From: a virus | Direction: 5' to 3' (one strand) | Length of the DNA stretch: 64,000 bases | IMG/VR virus record: IMGVR_UViG_3300005253_000655 | Coordinates: 3,683 to 67,682 of that record | Shown: positions 9,367 to 17,813 of the stretch, in pieces | Layout of the letters: each line of letters begins with the position of its first letter | Numbering within the stretch: position 1 is the stretch's first letter | Translations under genes and position numbers: made by a program | The notes under the pieces: model-generated | Seen by the model: the letters and a program-made list of their open reading frames with translations, nothing else | What the model was told of the DNA's origin: nothing | Databases searched by the model: none

Positions 9367-11522
9367 TACGCTACTCCTCCTCCCCCACCTGTTCCGAGCC
9401 CTTCGGGTATACCTTCAGGGCCAATGGACGGCCCAGGCTCTGTAGGTAGATCCTCTTCGCTGAGGCCAGGCTGAGGGCTCATTGCTTCGGCTTCTGCCGC
9501 TATTCCTTGCTCCAGCCGCATTTGATCCCGCAACTGTTCTTGGACCTGGATCTTCATCGCTTGCTCGTGCATGTCCCTGTGCGCTATGGCGTAGGTCTGT
9601 CTCTCCTCGGAGAATTTCAAGAACTCACGACTAAATATCAAAACATCCAACACCTGCATATGCACCGGGTGGTTGTCGAGCCGGAAGACAGGATCGAAGG
9701 AATCGGGGAACATAAGCATGTCCTCGCCGTCCTCATCCTGTACAACGGTTCCGTCAGCATCCTTTAGAGGCATGTTGGGTAGGGCGATATTTGTAACATT
9801 CCCTGCCGCAATTAAGCTGTTCTCGTACTCGGCCCTGTCCCTATGGATGTTCTCCACTTCAGGGAACCCGCTCATGCCCATTCGGCGAAGTAACTCTCTC
9901 CGGATCTCAGGATGCTCAGACATCTCCCCCCAAAATCCTTGCTCTATCAAGGTCATGAGGAACTGGTTACGTCCGGCATTGGTGGTTGAAGATCCGCTAT
10001 CCAGTTCCAACTTGACATCTGTGTTGTTGCGAAGGTCCGCCCCTTTGAAATTCCTAATGAGGATCTCATTCCCTTCACCTGGAATCTTGATAAGCTGTGT
10101 AACCTTGGTTATATCCTGTACAATTATCAACCGCTTCTTCTGCACCCTGTTCCAGGCGCGGTAAAAGCGCTTAATGTCCGGGGTATGGGACTGCTCGGCG
10201 GTCTCCCGTAGTATGTCCACCATGACACCGGATGCACCGGACCCAGGTGTTTGCCCCCGGAGCACGTTCTTAGGATCTCCTGCAGCTTCCTGAGCGACTT
10301 CCTTGTGGATTTTACGCTCATCCAGAATCTGCGAGGGATACGGGGTGCCAGGCTGCACTTCAGGTTTAGCGCCGCCTGCTGATCTATGATTATACTCCAG
10401 CGCCAGCAAAGCCTGACCTCTTGCTGAGATCCTCTTCAGTGAGAGAGCTGCAGGGGTCAGTACCCACGGACGGCCCAGGGAACGTCGATTGGTACTCATT
10501 GCCTGGTCAATCTCATTCACAGTGTTCTGAGGGCTTATTAGATCATCGACACCGCCAGTGCCCCAAAAGGAGCCCGGAGTGTTGTTGAACACAAAATGAG
10601 TAAGCGTGTAATACCAGGAGCCGTCTTTGGCCACGGGTATAGGCATTTCGGCTTTGTTTACAATGACTTGATCTCCCACGGTCACGGTGTAACGCCCCTT
10701 GGGATACTCCTTGGTGGGCTTGAATTCCATCTCTTTATACACCACCAGTTGCAAACTGTTGATTTCCAGGTTGGAGGTGTCGAATCCCCTACCTTTCCAA
10801 GGGCTTACATTACTGACCAGGGTCATGAGTTGTTTCTGGTATTCTACCTCGGCAAGACTTTCCGTGCCCTTCAACTCTATATCGTGTTTGGCCTCTACCC
10901 AAGCCTTCGACTTGAGGGATTTTATACCTATGTAAGCCTTATCCCGCAATAACAAGCCCAGGGAGTCCACTTCCACATTAAAAGGAATAACAACTTCAAT
11001 AGCGCACTCGGGAGGGGCAGGGATTATTTCGCCAGCATTTCCGATAACGTATTTTCCGGGGTCATTGTCAGGAAACACACGTACAAAGGCGTTACCACAA
11101 ATGGTACGCCAAAACTCCGTCAGTTCCTTTATGTCCTCGGCTTCATTATCATTTATCGTGTCGAGCCAGCGTATAACCAGCTCGGCCAATTTGGCTGCAT
11201 CCTTGTCAGACTGCTCTCGGCTGTTGGGCCATACCGTGGTGGCGAAATTCTTATTCGTAGTTAAAGCTACAGTGCTTTTGACATAATCCCTCACCATATT
11301 GCTGACAGGCGTGGGTATGTTCACGTTGATCTCGGAGCGCCTTCCAAATGTGTTCCGGGACTCGAACCAGGATAACCACTGTTCACCTAAGTAATACAGT
11401 ATGTTACGGAACCAGGTGCGCTCAAGGATAGTACGTACAGGGTCCACGAACGGTTTAAATACATCGTTCACGTCCAGCAATATAGCCGAATCCGTTGGTT
11501 TATGACTAGGGGAATATTTCAT
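9366..11522 (-). CDS. Portal protein
   Basis: 718 aa; YYLGEQW, DKDAAKLAE, DLISPQ..N, SG motifs; position after TerL. Confidence 0.85.
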   Translation of the reverse strand: MKYSPSHKPTDSAILLDVNDVFKPFVDPVRTILERTWFRNILYYLGEQWLSWFESRNTFGRRSEINVNIPTPVSNMVRDYVKSTVALTTNKNFATTVWPNSREQSDKDAAKLAELVIRWLDTINDNEAEDIKELTEFWRTICGNAFVRVFPDNDPGKYVIGNAGEIIPAPPECAIEVVIPFNVEVDSLGLLLRDKAYIGIKSLKSKAWVEAKHDIELKGTESLAEVEYQKQLMTLVSNVSPWKGRGFDTSNLEINSLQLVVYKEMEFKPTKEYPKGRYTVTVGDQVIVNKAEMPIPVAKDGSWYYTLTHFVFNNTPGSFWGTGGVDDLISPQNTVNEIDQAMSTNRRSLGRPWVLTPAALSLKRISARGQALLALEYNHRSAGGAKPEVQPGTPYPSQILDERKIHKEVAQEAAGDPKNVLRGQTPGSGASGVMVDILRETAEQSHTPDIKRFYRAWNRVQKKRLIIVQDITKVTQLIKIPGEGNEILIRNFKGADLRNNTDVKLELDSGSSTTNAGRNQFLMTLIEQGFWGEMSEHPEIRRELLRRMGMSGFPEVENIHRDRAEYENSLIAAGNVTNIALPNMPLKDADGTVVQDEDGEDMLMFPDSFDPVFRLDNHPVHMQVLDVLIFSREFLKFSEERQTYAIAHRDMHEQAMKIQVQEQLRDQMRLEQGIAAEAEAMSPQPGLSEEDLPTEPGPSIGPEGIPEGLGTGGGGGVA

Positions 11523-11530
11523 ATCTTCCT

Positions 11531-11788
11531 TTATGTGACGGGATAAACACCAGGAGTAGGCTCCTCATTAAAGGACTCAAGAGCCAGGGCCTTTTCTGCC
11601 AAAGCGGATTCGAGCTTCATATCCTTGCGCTCGTCTTTGGGTGAGTGATGAAGTTCCTTTACGTTGTTGGCAATAACAGCCTGTATTAACTTATCTTCTC
11701 GGGCGGAAGATCGCCTGCTTGCTACGATGTTGTTTAACCAAAGGACAACGTTAAGTCCCAGGAGTACAAGTATAATAATATCAGTCAT
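11531..11788 (-). CDS. Small protein with N-terminal membrane anchor
   Basis: Hydrophobic N-terminus IIILVLLGLNVVLWL. Confidence 0.55.
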   Translation of the reverse strand: MTDIIILVLLGLNVVLWLNNIVASRRSSAREDKLIQAVIANNVKELHHSPKDERKDMKLESALAEKALALESFNEEPTPGVYPVT

Positions 11789-12290
11789 CTAAAGCTCCTT
11801 TCATGAGGCAAAGACCTTGTTCCTTTTTATCGTGAACCCAGGCAGTGCTCCTATCAAAATGATATGCGATCTCAGCGAGGGTATCCCCATGAAAATAGTA
11901 GCGGTCCATAATGACGGCTGTCACCGTATCCACCTTCTCGGGGATAATCTCTCGCAATTGAGATAGAAGTACAACTTGTTCAATCTTCGCAACCGTTTCC
12001 TCGTCGTCTACAATATTGCCGCCCGTGTGGTGAACCACTTGCGGAATGAAAGGATCTTTCTTAAACTGATATCGGGTGAGCGGGGCCAGTCGTCGGAAGG
12101 AATCGAGCAGAGACAGGTACATATTGTGCCCTTTCAACCAGCCTTCCATGCAATCTTGCACGTAATCCTCTATCGTGACTGTGGGCATGAAATGGGTTTG
12201 ATGGAATACTCTAGCTTCTTTTCTGGCTCTGACATATGCTATTTCAATTTCCTTTTCGGTTAGATCCTTTATTTCTTCAGAATTAGTCAT
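11781..12290 (-). CDS. Sigma-70-family-like factor (region 2 and region 4 HTH)
   Basis: EDYVQD..EGW; YYFHGDTLAEIAYHFDRSTAWV helix-turn-helix; ATG 12290 with RBS GGAGG. Confidence 0.7.
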   Translation of the reverse strand: MTNSEEIKDLTEKEIEIAYVRARKEARVFHQTHFMPTVTIEDYVQDCMEGWLKGHNMYLSLLDSFRRLAPLTRYQFKKDPFIPQVVHHTGGNIVDDEETVAKIEQVVLLSQLREIIPEKVDTVTAVIMDRYYFHGDTLAEIAYHFDRSTAWVHDKKEQGLCLMKGALDD

Positions 12291-13848
12291 CGAAAAATAC
12301 CTCCTCCATGTTTGTGTTTTCCTCTTCTTCATCTTGCAGGTCGGATATGATCTTGTCAATTTCAAGTGCTGCTACCATAGAAGCACTGTCGAGAGCCGCC
12401 ATTTTCTCTTTCTTGACTTGTTCATCGTGGAATTTCTTCAGGGCATCTTCATCCGCACCCTGGGGTCTGTCCATGCAGACGTGACAGGCATCGTCAAAGG
12501 GGTGAAGCTCCTGTCCTTTCTCCAAATACTCCCCAGTTAACTCGTCTATACACAAATCGGGTATAATGCGGATGAATTGCTTACAAGTGTTGTAAACCAC
12601 CAGCATTGGCTTTTCCTTGGGATCGTCGGGGATACGCAGTCTGTTGCGAAACTGTCGTATTTTCAGTACCCTATTGGCATCTCCAGCGAAAAGCTCCAGC
12701 TTGGGATGGACAGCCTTAAACTCGTCCATCGTGGAATCCCCCTGCCCACCCCCCTTGTAATCCGGCTTCTTATTCTGGCAGGTAGGATCGGCCAACCTCC
12801 TGATATCTCTGTCCCAAATGCCCATTTCTTTTTCGCGCTGCATGACACCTTCCGCCACTTCAGCGTCCGTGAGTCGTAAGCCCACATTGGTCGTGACCTT
12901 GTCCCATCCATACCACTCGGCAAAGCGGTAGATCCGGTCGTCATTGTCAACCCACCACCAGCCGATGGAGAAGGGGGCACCATAGCCCCAGTCATATGTC
13001 ATGACAATGGGGGCATGCTCCGGGATGGGCCACACGGGTTCGACAATATGTCGCTCAGTGAAGTTGAAGGCTTGGCCCACGAATACATCCCAACGGCCAT
13101 CCAGCCATGCAGCCACGAGCGCAGGGTCGTTGATGGATCTCAGCCTCGCCTCGTACAACGGGTCCATATCCTTCAACACCAGGTTATCGGATAAAACAGA
13201 CTTGATGAAAACGCGAGTGAAAACAACCTCTGTCCCGTCGAATAGTGTGTGAAATATACGGTTTACCTGCCCTTCACCCACAGGTGCCTCGCCGCCATCA
13301 CATTCTGGAATGAACATCACCTTGATTTGGGATGCTCCAGGTCCACCTGGATTGCCGGAAAGTACCATTTGACATTTAATCCCATGCGGAGATCTAAGGC
13401 ACCCTTTGAGACGATCCATCAATTGGCCGATAAACGGGATCGACGGGGCCTCGTCGAGCGAAATTTCCACATACTGATGGCCCTGGAAATCATCGGCCTG
13501 AATAATAGCGTTGATCGCGGCCAAGGATACATTGGCACCATTGGCGAAACGAATATAGTTGATCTGATTCTCCCCGCCGACTCTCTCAGCCGGAAGACCC
13601 GCCATGATAAGCTCGTCCCAACGACGCCGTAGCTCCTTGAAATCCTTATACTTACGCCGAACCATCAGGCCATTCCACTGGATACCGTGGCGCAACGCCC
13701 CTTTGACTTGCCGCCCGATCAGGAGATCCGACTTGCCCCCGCCACGTGTCCCGCCGATGAAGATCTCGTCCACTGGACAGGTATAGGCCTCTGCCTGGGG
13801 TCCAGGCTGTGGGTACCAGTAATACTCTGACACTTTCTGGGTAATCAT
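12283..13848 (-). CDS. terL: Terminase large subunit
   Basis: PQPGPQ, Walker A GGTRGGGKS, Walker B ISLDE, SGNPGG, nuclease DWG and HPFDD. Confidence 0.95.
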   Translation of the reverse strand: MITQKVSEYYWYPQPGPQAEAYTCPVDEIFIGGTRGGGKSDLLIGRQVKGALRHGIQWNGLMVRRKYKDFKELRRRWDELIMAGLPAERVGGENQINYIRFANGANVSLAAINAIIQADDFQGHQYVEISLDEAPSIPFIGQLMDRLKGCLRSPHGIKCQMVLSGNPGGPGASQIKVMFIPECDGGEAPVGEGQVNRIFHTLFDGTEVVFTRVFIKSVLSDNLVLKDMDPLYEARLRSINDPALVAAWLDGRWDVFVGQAFNFTERHIVEPVWPIPEHAPIVMTYDWGYGAPFSIGWWWVDNDDRIYRFAEWYGWDKVTTNVGLRLTDAEVAEGVMQREKEMGIWDRDIRRLADPTCQNKKPDYKGGGQGDSTMDEFKAVHPKLELFAGDANRVLKIRQFRNRLRIPDDPKEKPMLVVYNTCKQFIRIIPDLCIDELTGEYLEKGQELHPFDDACHVCMDRPQGADEDALKKFHDEQVKKEKMAALDSASMVAALEIDKIISDLQDEEEENTNMEEVFFDD

Positions 13849-13849
13849 A

Positions 13850-14089
13850 TCACTCCTTCACGGCGAATTGAATCCACCGGCTGGTCATCTCAATAGCCAG
13901 CTCCACGCGCTCTTCTGGGGTTAAACGTTCCATTAACCAGGTCTCTTCTGGGTAATCTTTGCCCCGGAATACCATTTCCCCTGTGCAATCCTCATAAAGA
14001 TTCCCGTTTGCATCTATCCCAATTACGCCACAATATGGTTCCCAGGACCGACCAGAGTCAAACTGAAGATGATCTTTGAATGTTTTCAT
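13850..14089 (-). CDS. Hypothetical protein
   Basis: 79 aa with RBS GGAGG. Confidence 0.5.
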   Translation of the reverse strand: MKTFKDHLQFDSGRSWEPYCGVIGIDANGNLYEDCTGEMVFRGKDYPEETWLMERLTPEERVELAIEMTSRWIQFAVKE

Positions 14090-14181
14090 TGTATTACCTC
14101 CCCTTTAAACGAAAATCCACCAATTAAGGCCACTGTATACTGCAGCCCCAGTGATATATAAAACCATCTTAACTCTATCGC

Positions 14182-14640
14182 TCATTTCTTTTTCACCCTA
14201 GGAACCCTGCCCATCGTATGGAGCAGATCCCTGATTGACTTGTTATCCACCAGTACCTGATACAGCCCCTCGCTTACGGCGTCCAGAGCGTCCTCGTGAT
14301 CTATGAAGATATGGTGGCTGGACGTCTCGTCGATTGCGTGGAGCAGCTCATGCAGGAAGCAAATGAATGCGTAGGACTTGCTGATATACCTACCATCATG
14401 TGAAATACAGCCGATTCGGATCTGATTGGTCGCCTGGTCGTAATCCGCAATGGCTCCAGCGCCCTCCGGGAAGTCATAAGGGTGTATTATCTTTACCCTA
14501 TGTCCGCCAACCTTTAGGCTTTTTGGTAGATCCAATATCCTTTTAGGCTTCTTGTGCTTCTTGGCCAACGGCCTAGAAGCCGAAGATTTATCTGCAATTT
14601 CCTCTAATGCACTTTCCACATCTTCGATTGTCGCGCTCAT
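14182..14640 (-). CDS. Zincin-like metallopeptidase domain protein (HExxH)
   Basis: FLHELLHA...E; start ATG 14640 with RBS AAGGAGG (the longer 299-aa call runs into the repeat array). Confidence 0.65.
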   Translation of the reverse strand: MSATIEDVESALEEIADKSSASRPLAKKHKKPKRILDLPKSLKVGGHRVKIIHPYDFPEGAGAIADYDQATNQIRIGCISHDGRYISKSYAFICFLHELLHAIDETSSHHIFIDHEDALDAVSEGLYQVLVDNKSIRDLLHTMGRVPRVKKK

Positions 14641-14867
14641 TGTTTCCTCCTTAATTTCCGACCGATCTAACCAATCAGTCATTGACTGGACCCGTCTGTG
14701 GGTCAATTTTCCCCAAAAAATCTCAAAAAATTCAGCTCTGTTTTGGTACACTGGTACCATATGATGTATTTGACGACCCGCATCCGGGGTGGGGGGTACC
14801 CCCGGGGGGTGGGTGGCAGCGTTTAATGACGCGTCACGTAATACCACAGTGTAGTAGTTGTAGCAAC

Positions 14868-15381
14868 TGGCATGGTTGTTGCATGCGTGTACCACAGTGT
14901 GGTATGTGGCACGGTTGTTGCAGGGGGATAGTGGCATGATGCTTGCAGTAGTCATTTGGCATGATACGTGCATACAGGCCCACGTGACCAGTGACGGAAG
15001 CACGCGCGGTAGCATTGGCATGGTACTTGCAGGCAGTGTTGGCATGGTTGTTGCATGAGTAGTACTTGAAGCCATTGGCATGACTCTTGCATACCTTTAT
15101 TGGCACAGTACTTGCATATGAATAGTGGCATGGTACTTGCAGTAGTCACTTGGCACACTCCTTGCATGTACCACACGTACACGCGTGTTCCTCACACTTG
15201 GCTTGCGCACACGCTTGGCATGGTACTTGCATGTAATCCATTGGCACGATCTTTGCATGACACGTTGTGGCACGGCTTTTGCAGGAGAACTTTAGCGGTA
15301 ACACACACACTGTGTTGGCACGCTCCTTGCATACAAAGTTGACATAGTCCTTTGGTCTGTTGTATTGGCATGGTCCTTGCA
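14868..15381 (+). promoter_or_regulatory. Array of 15 sigma-54 (RpoN) -24/-12 consensus sites
   Basis: TGGCAY-R-N4-TTGCA (GG-N10-GC) starting at 14868, 14907, 14932, 14957, 15016, 15040, 15076, 15101, 15126, 15151, 15216, 15242, 15268, 15316, 15366. Confidence 0.85.
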
Positions 15382-15390
15382 TGTTGTCCG

Positions 15391-15819
15391 TCATTTCTTA
15401 CCCTCCTCTAGTAATCGTTGCGTTCGTGCTTCACCTACCTGCTTCTCCCAGTCCTCCAAACTCTCCGGCTCAGGTGGCAACACACCAACAACAGTCAAAG
15501 GGTTACCCTCCTGTCCTCCCACATTGACATCCACAGCAGTCCCATAACCCCTGTTCTTGGCATACGCTGCCAGGTAAGTCTTAATCGCCTGGAAGTCCAG
15601 CACATTAATCAAGTCCATCAACTTCCCTTCCACATGATCAATCAGCCCCTCCTTCACATCATGACACATACCCTTAAAATCCTCATCCTCAGCCCGCCAC
15701 AGGTAGTAACAGGCTCTACTTATATTCATAGCCTTACACGTATTCGCCACATGTCCTTGATTTGCTTCAAGTAATATGATAAACAGGTCCTTTTTGTCTT
15801 GCACCGTTAGCTCGTTCAT
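15391..15819 (-). CDS. terS: Terminase small subunit
   Basis: N-terminal HTH GHVANTCKAMNISRACYYLW..EDEDF; AIK.YL...KNRGY; upstream of terL. Confidence 0.75.
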   Translation of the reverse strand: MNELTVQDKKDLFIILLEANQGHVANTCKAMNISRACYYLWRAEDEDFKGMCHDVKEGLIDHVEGKLMDLINVLDFQAIKTYLAAYAKNRGYGTAVDVNVGGQEGNPLTVVGVLPPEPESLEDWEKQVGEARTQRLLEEGKK

Positions 15820-15933
15820 ACTGCTGCTGCCTCCTAAAAGTATACGATATCACTCATTCCTTAGAGATAGTTCAATGTTAAGCCACTTCATGTTGAGATT
15901 GTTTAACCACTTACAATCCTCAACCCTTACAAT

Positions 15934-15961
15934 AAGATAACCACTAATTGCCAGAAGTCAA
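15934..15961 (-). promoter_or_regulatory. Candidate sigma-70 promoter of terS/late operon
   Basis: TTGACT-N16-TATCTT. Confidence 0.4.
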
Positions 15962-15968
15962 CGCTCAA

Positions 15969-16054
15969 TGGCACATTTCTTGCAGGGAATATGGGCCGGA
16001 GGATGAATAGTCAATGATTGCGGTGCGTTGCATCACGTTGGCATGGAGCTTGCA
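15969..16054 (+). promoter_or_regulatory. Two further sigma-54 consensus sites
   Basis: TGGCACATTTCTTGCA at 15969 and TGGCATGGAGCTTGCA at 16039. Confidence 0.7.
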
Positions 16055-16385
16055 GGCGGACATATTGCCCGGGTAACTGTCCAGGTAATGGCATCATGAA
16101 TGCCTCAAATGCCTCATGTGTCGTGAACCATGTCACAAACGTGTCACAAGTGTAATCATTTCACTCATTAATGCACACGCACGCGTTCTACATACCCACG
16201 AGAAATCAAGGGTCGGTGACTGGTGACACTGTGACCAGTGACATGGTGACAAGATGTCATTGACGTGAATGTGGCATGTGTCAAGTCAAGCCTTGATGTG
16301 GCAGAATGTGGAGCGGTGAACCTCACGGTAAGTGGTTGACATTACATGGTATTCACGATAGTTATAAATAAAGCTTAAGTTTCCC

Positions 16386-16414
16386 TTGACAAGTACCGAA
16401 TAGATAATTAACAT
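16386..16414 (+). promoter_or_regulatory. Sigma-70 early promoter
   Basis: TTGACA-N17-TAACAT at the start of the plus-strand region. Confidence 0.65.
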
Positions 16415-16443
16415 TAGGACAGTTGAAACAGGAAAGGGGGCAC

Positions 16444-17108
16444 GCACAGCACGACATACAAATAGGTGGATGACTGGTTCCAGGTACTTCCCGCCTTATA
16501 ACGACTCCGGTCAGATAGTAGGGAAGGACGGGCATGAGGCATGTTGGGCCTCAGAGACGGACCTGCAGATCTTAGGGAGAAACAGGGTGCGGTCCTGGTG
16601 AAATGAACCGCAGATTACAATCATCTGTTATCATAACAGAGAGGGAAGTCGTCGAAAAAAGGGTTGTGTATTGGCTAGTAAGTGCTTTGACAGACTGTCC
16701 ATTACCCTTACACTTAAGAGTTCGTTGCTCGCCTTGCATCAATTATACAATGATGCAAACTTCCCTTTCTGGTATGCTAATAGGTGATTGTAGCTTCGCT
16801 TGGAAGTTACAAGCAGATTATTACACGTGATGGGGATAGACAGACTATAAATTAAGTCTATTGCCAATGGAGCTAGCATTTACACTTCCGACTGAGACCG
16901 GGAGAGGCTATGGGGTTCAACTCCCCTGTGTATATCTCAGATCTGTTTGTACTTCCAAGTGAGGCTTGTGTTAAATACTTACCGGGGAGAGGTTACAATG
17001 GGAAGTGGCCAGCGTTAGGATAGCTTCCAAAACGTAAAGACTGCATGACATGCACCCGGAGACGTTCGGCTGTATTGGCAGCTACCGTCAACCTCCCCAC
17101 GGTAAGTA
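16444..17108 (+). ncRNA. Cluster of three candidate structured ncRNAs
   Basis: No credible ORF; closing stems at 16444-16669, 16792-16966 and 16976-17108. Confidence 0.5.
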
Positions 17109-17135
17109 TTTAAACGGATAAAGGAGGACAACATC

Positions 17136-17279
17136 ATGTACGGTTTAAAAGAATACGAGAGAATGAATAGAGAGGAAAAAGAGGAGCACGACAAGAAAGT
17201 GCGTAATGCTCGGTTCAATTGGAAGACCAAAATAAGGATAACTGTTAAACTTCTATTGAATAAGCTTTGGGGAGGCTAA
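17136..17279 (+). CDS. Small early protein (47 aa)
   Basis: RBS AAGGAGG; MYGLKEYERMNREE... Confidence 0.5.
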   Translation: MYGLKEYERMNREEKEEHDKKVRNARFNWKTKIRITVKLLLNKLWGG

Positions 17280-17283
17280 TAAC

Positions 17284-17628
17284 ATGAATTATTTAGTCAA
17301 GGCAGTATGGAAGAAAGGCGACGGACATGCATGGGTAGTGGAGGACTTGAAATCAACCCCTGATGCAGAGGGTATTATGCATGAGGACAGTGTATTATAT
17401 ACGATAGGAATGTATAATGTTTGCGACACGGTAAGGGGAGTCAAAGACGCTATACACGCAGCATTGTATGATGAACGCCAGGGCAATGGCAACCTTAAAG
17501 AGGGGGATGAATTTCACGTGCGTGCGGCAACAGTCAATAAATATCTTGGCTGTGATAGTTGGAAGGGTAGACTGAGAATTCCTGCAATGAAATTTAAGTG
17601 CGTAGGGGTTCACGTAACCAAAGTGTAA
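17284..17628 (+). CDS. Hypothetical early protein
   Basis: 114 aa, RBS GGAGG. Confidence 0.6.
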   Translation: MNYLVKAVWKKGDGHAWVVEDLKSTPDAEGIMHEDSVLYTIGMYNVCDTVRGVKDAIHAALYDERQGNGNLKEGDEFHVRAATVNKYLGCDSWKGRLRIPAMKFKCVGVHVTKV

Positions 17629-17641
17629 GGGAGGGGACAAC

Positions 17642-17812
17642 ATGACAAATAGACGAATAGATATCAAGGCAATACTGAATGACCCTCATGCACGACGGGA
17701 ACTGTTCGTAAACACTATCATAGCAGCACAAGCACGGGAAGGTATCACGACGACTCGTGAGCAGGCAGAGAGTGCATATGATCAAGTTCAAAGAGAGAAG
17801 GAGGATAAATAG
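17642..17812 (+). CDS. Small early protein (56 aa)
   Basis: MTNRRIDIKAILNDPHARRELF...; RBS GGAGG. Confidence 0.55.
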   Translation: MTNRRIDIKAILNDPHARRELFVNTIIAAQAREGITTTREQAESAYDQVQREKEDK

Positions 17813-17813
17813 T

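Noticed and set aside
14868-15381. CRISPR array
   Set aside because: Repeats are 16 bp with variable centres, linkers are mostly about 9 bp, and there is no cas operon
14641-15394. Cys/His-rich ORFs over the repeat array, including the N-terminal extension of the 299-aa ORF
   Set aside because: Open in several frames on both strands because of the repeats; the 153-codon gene has its own RBS at 14640. A short peptide from 15394 cannot be fully excluded
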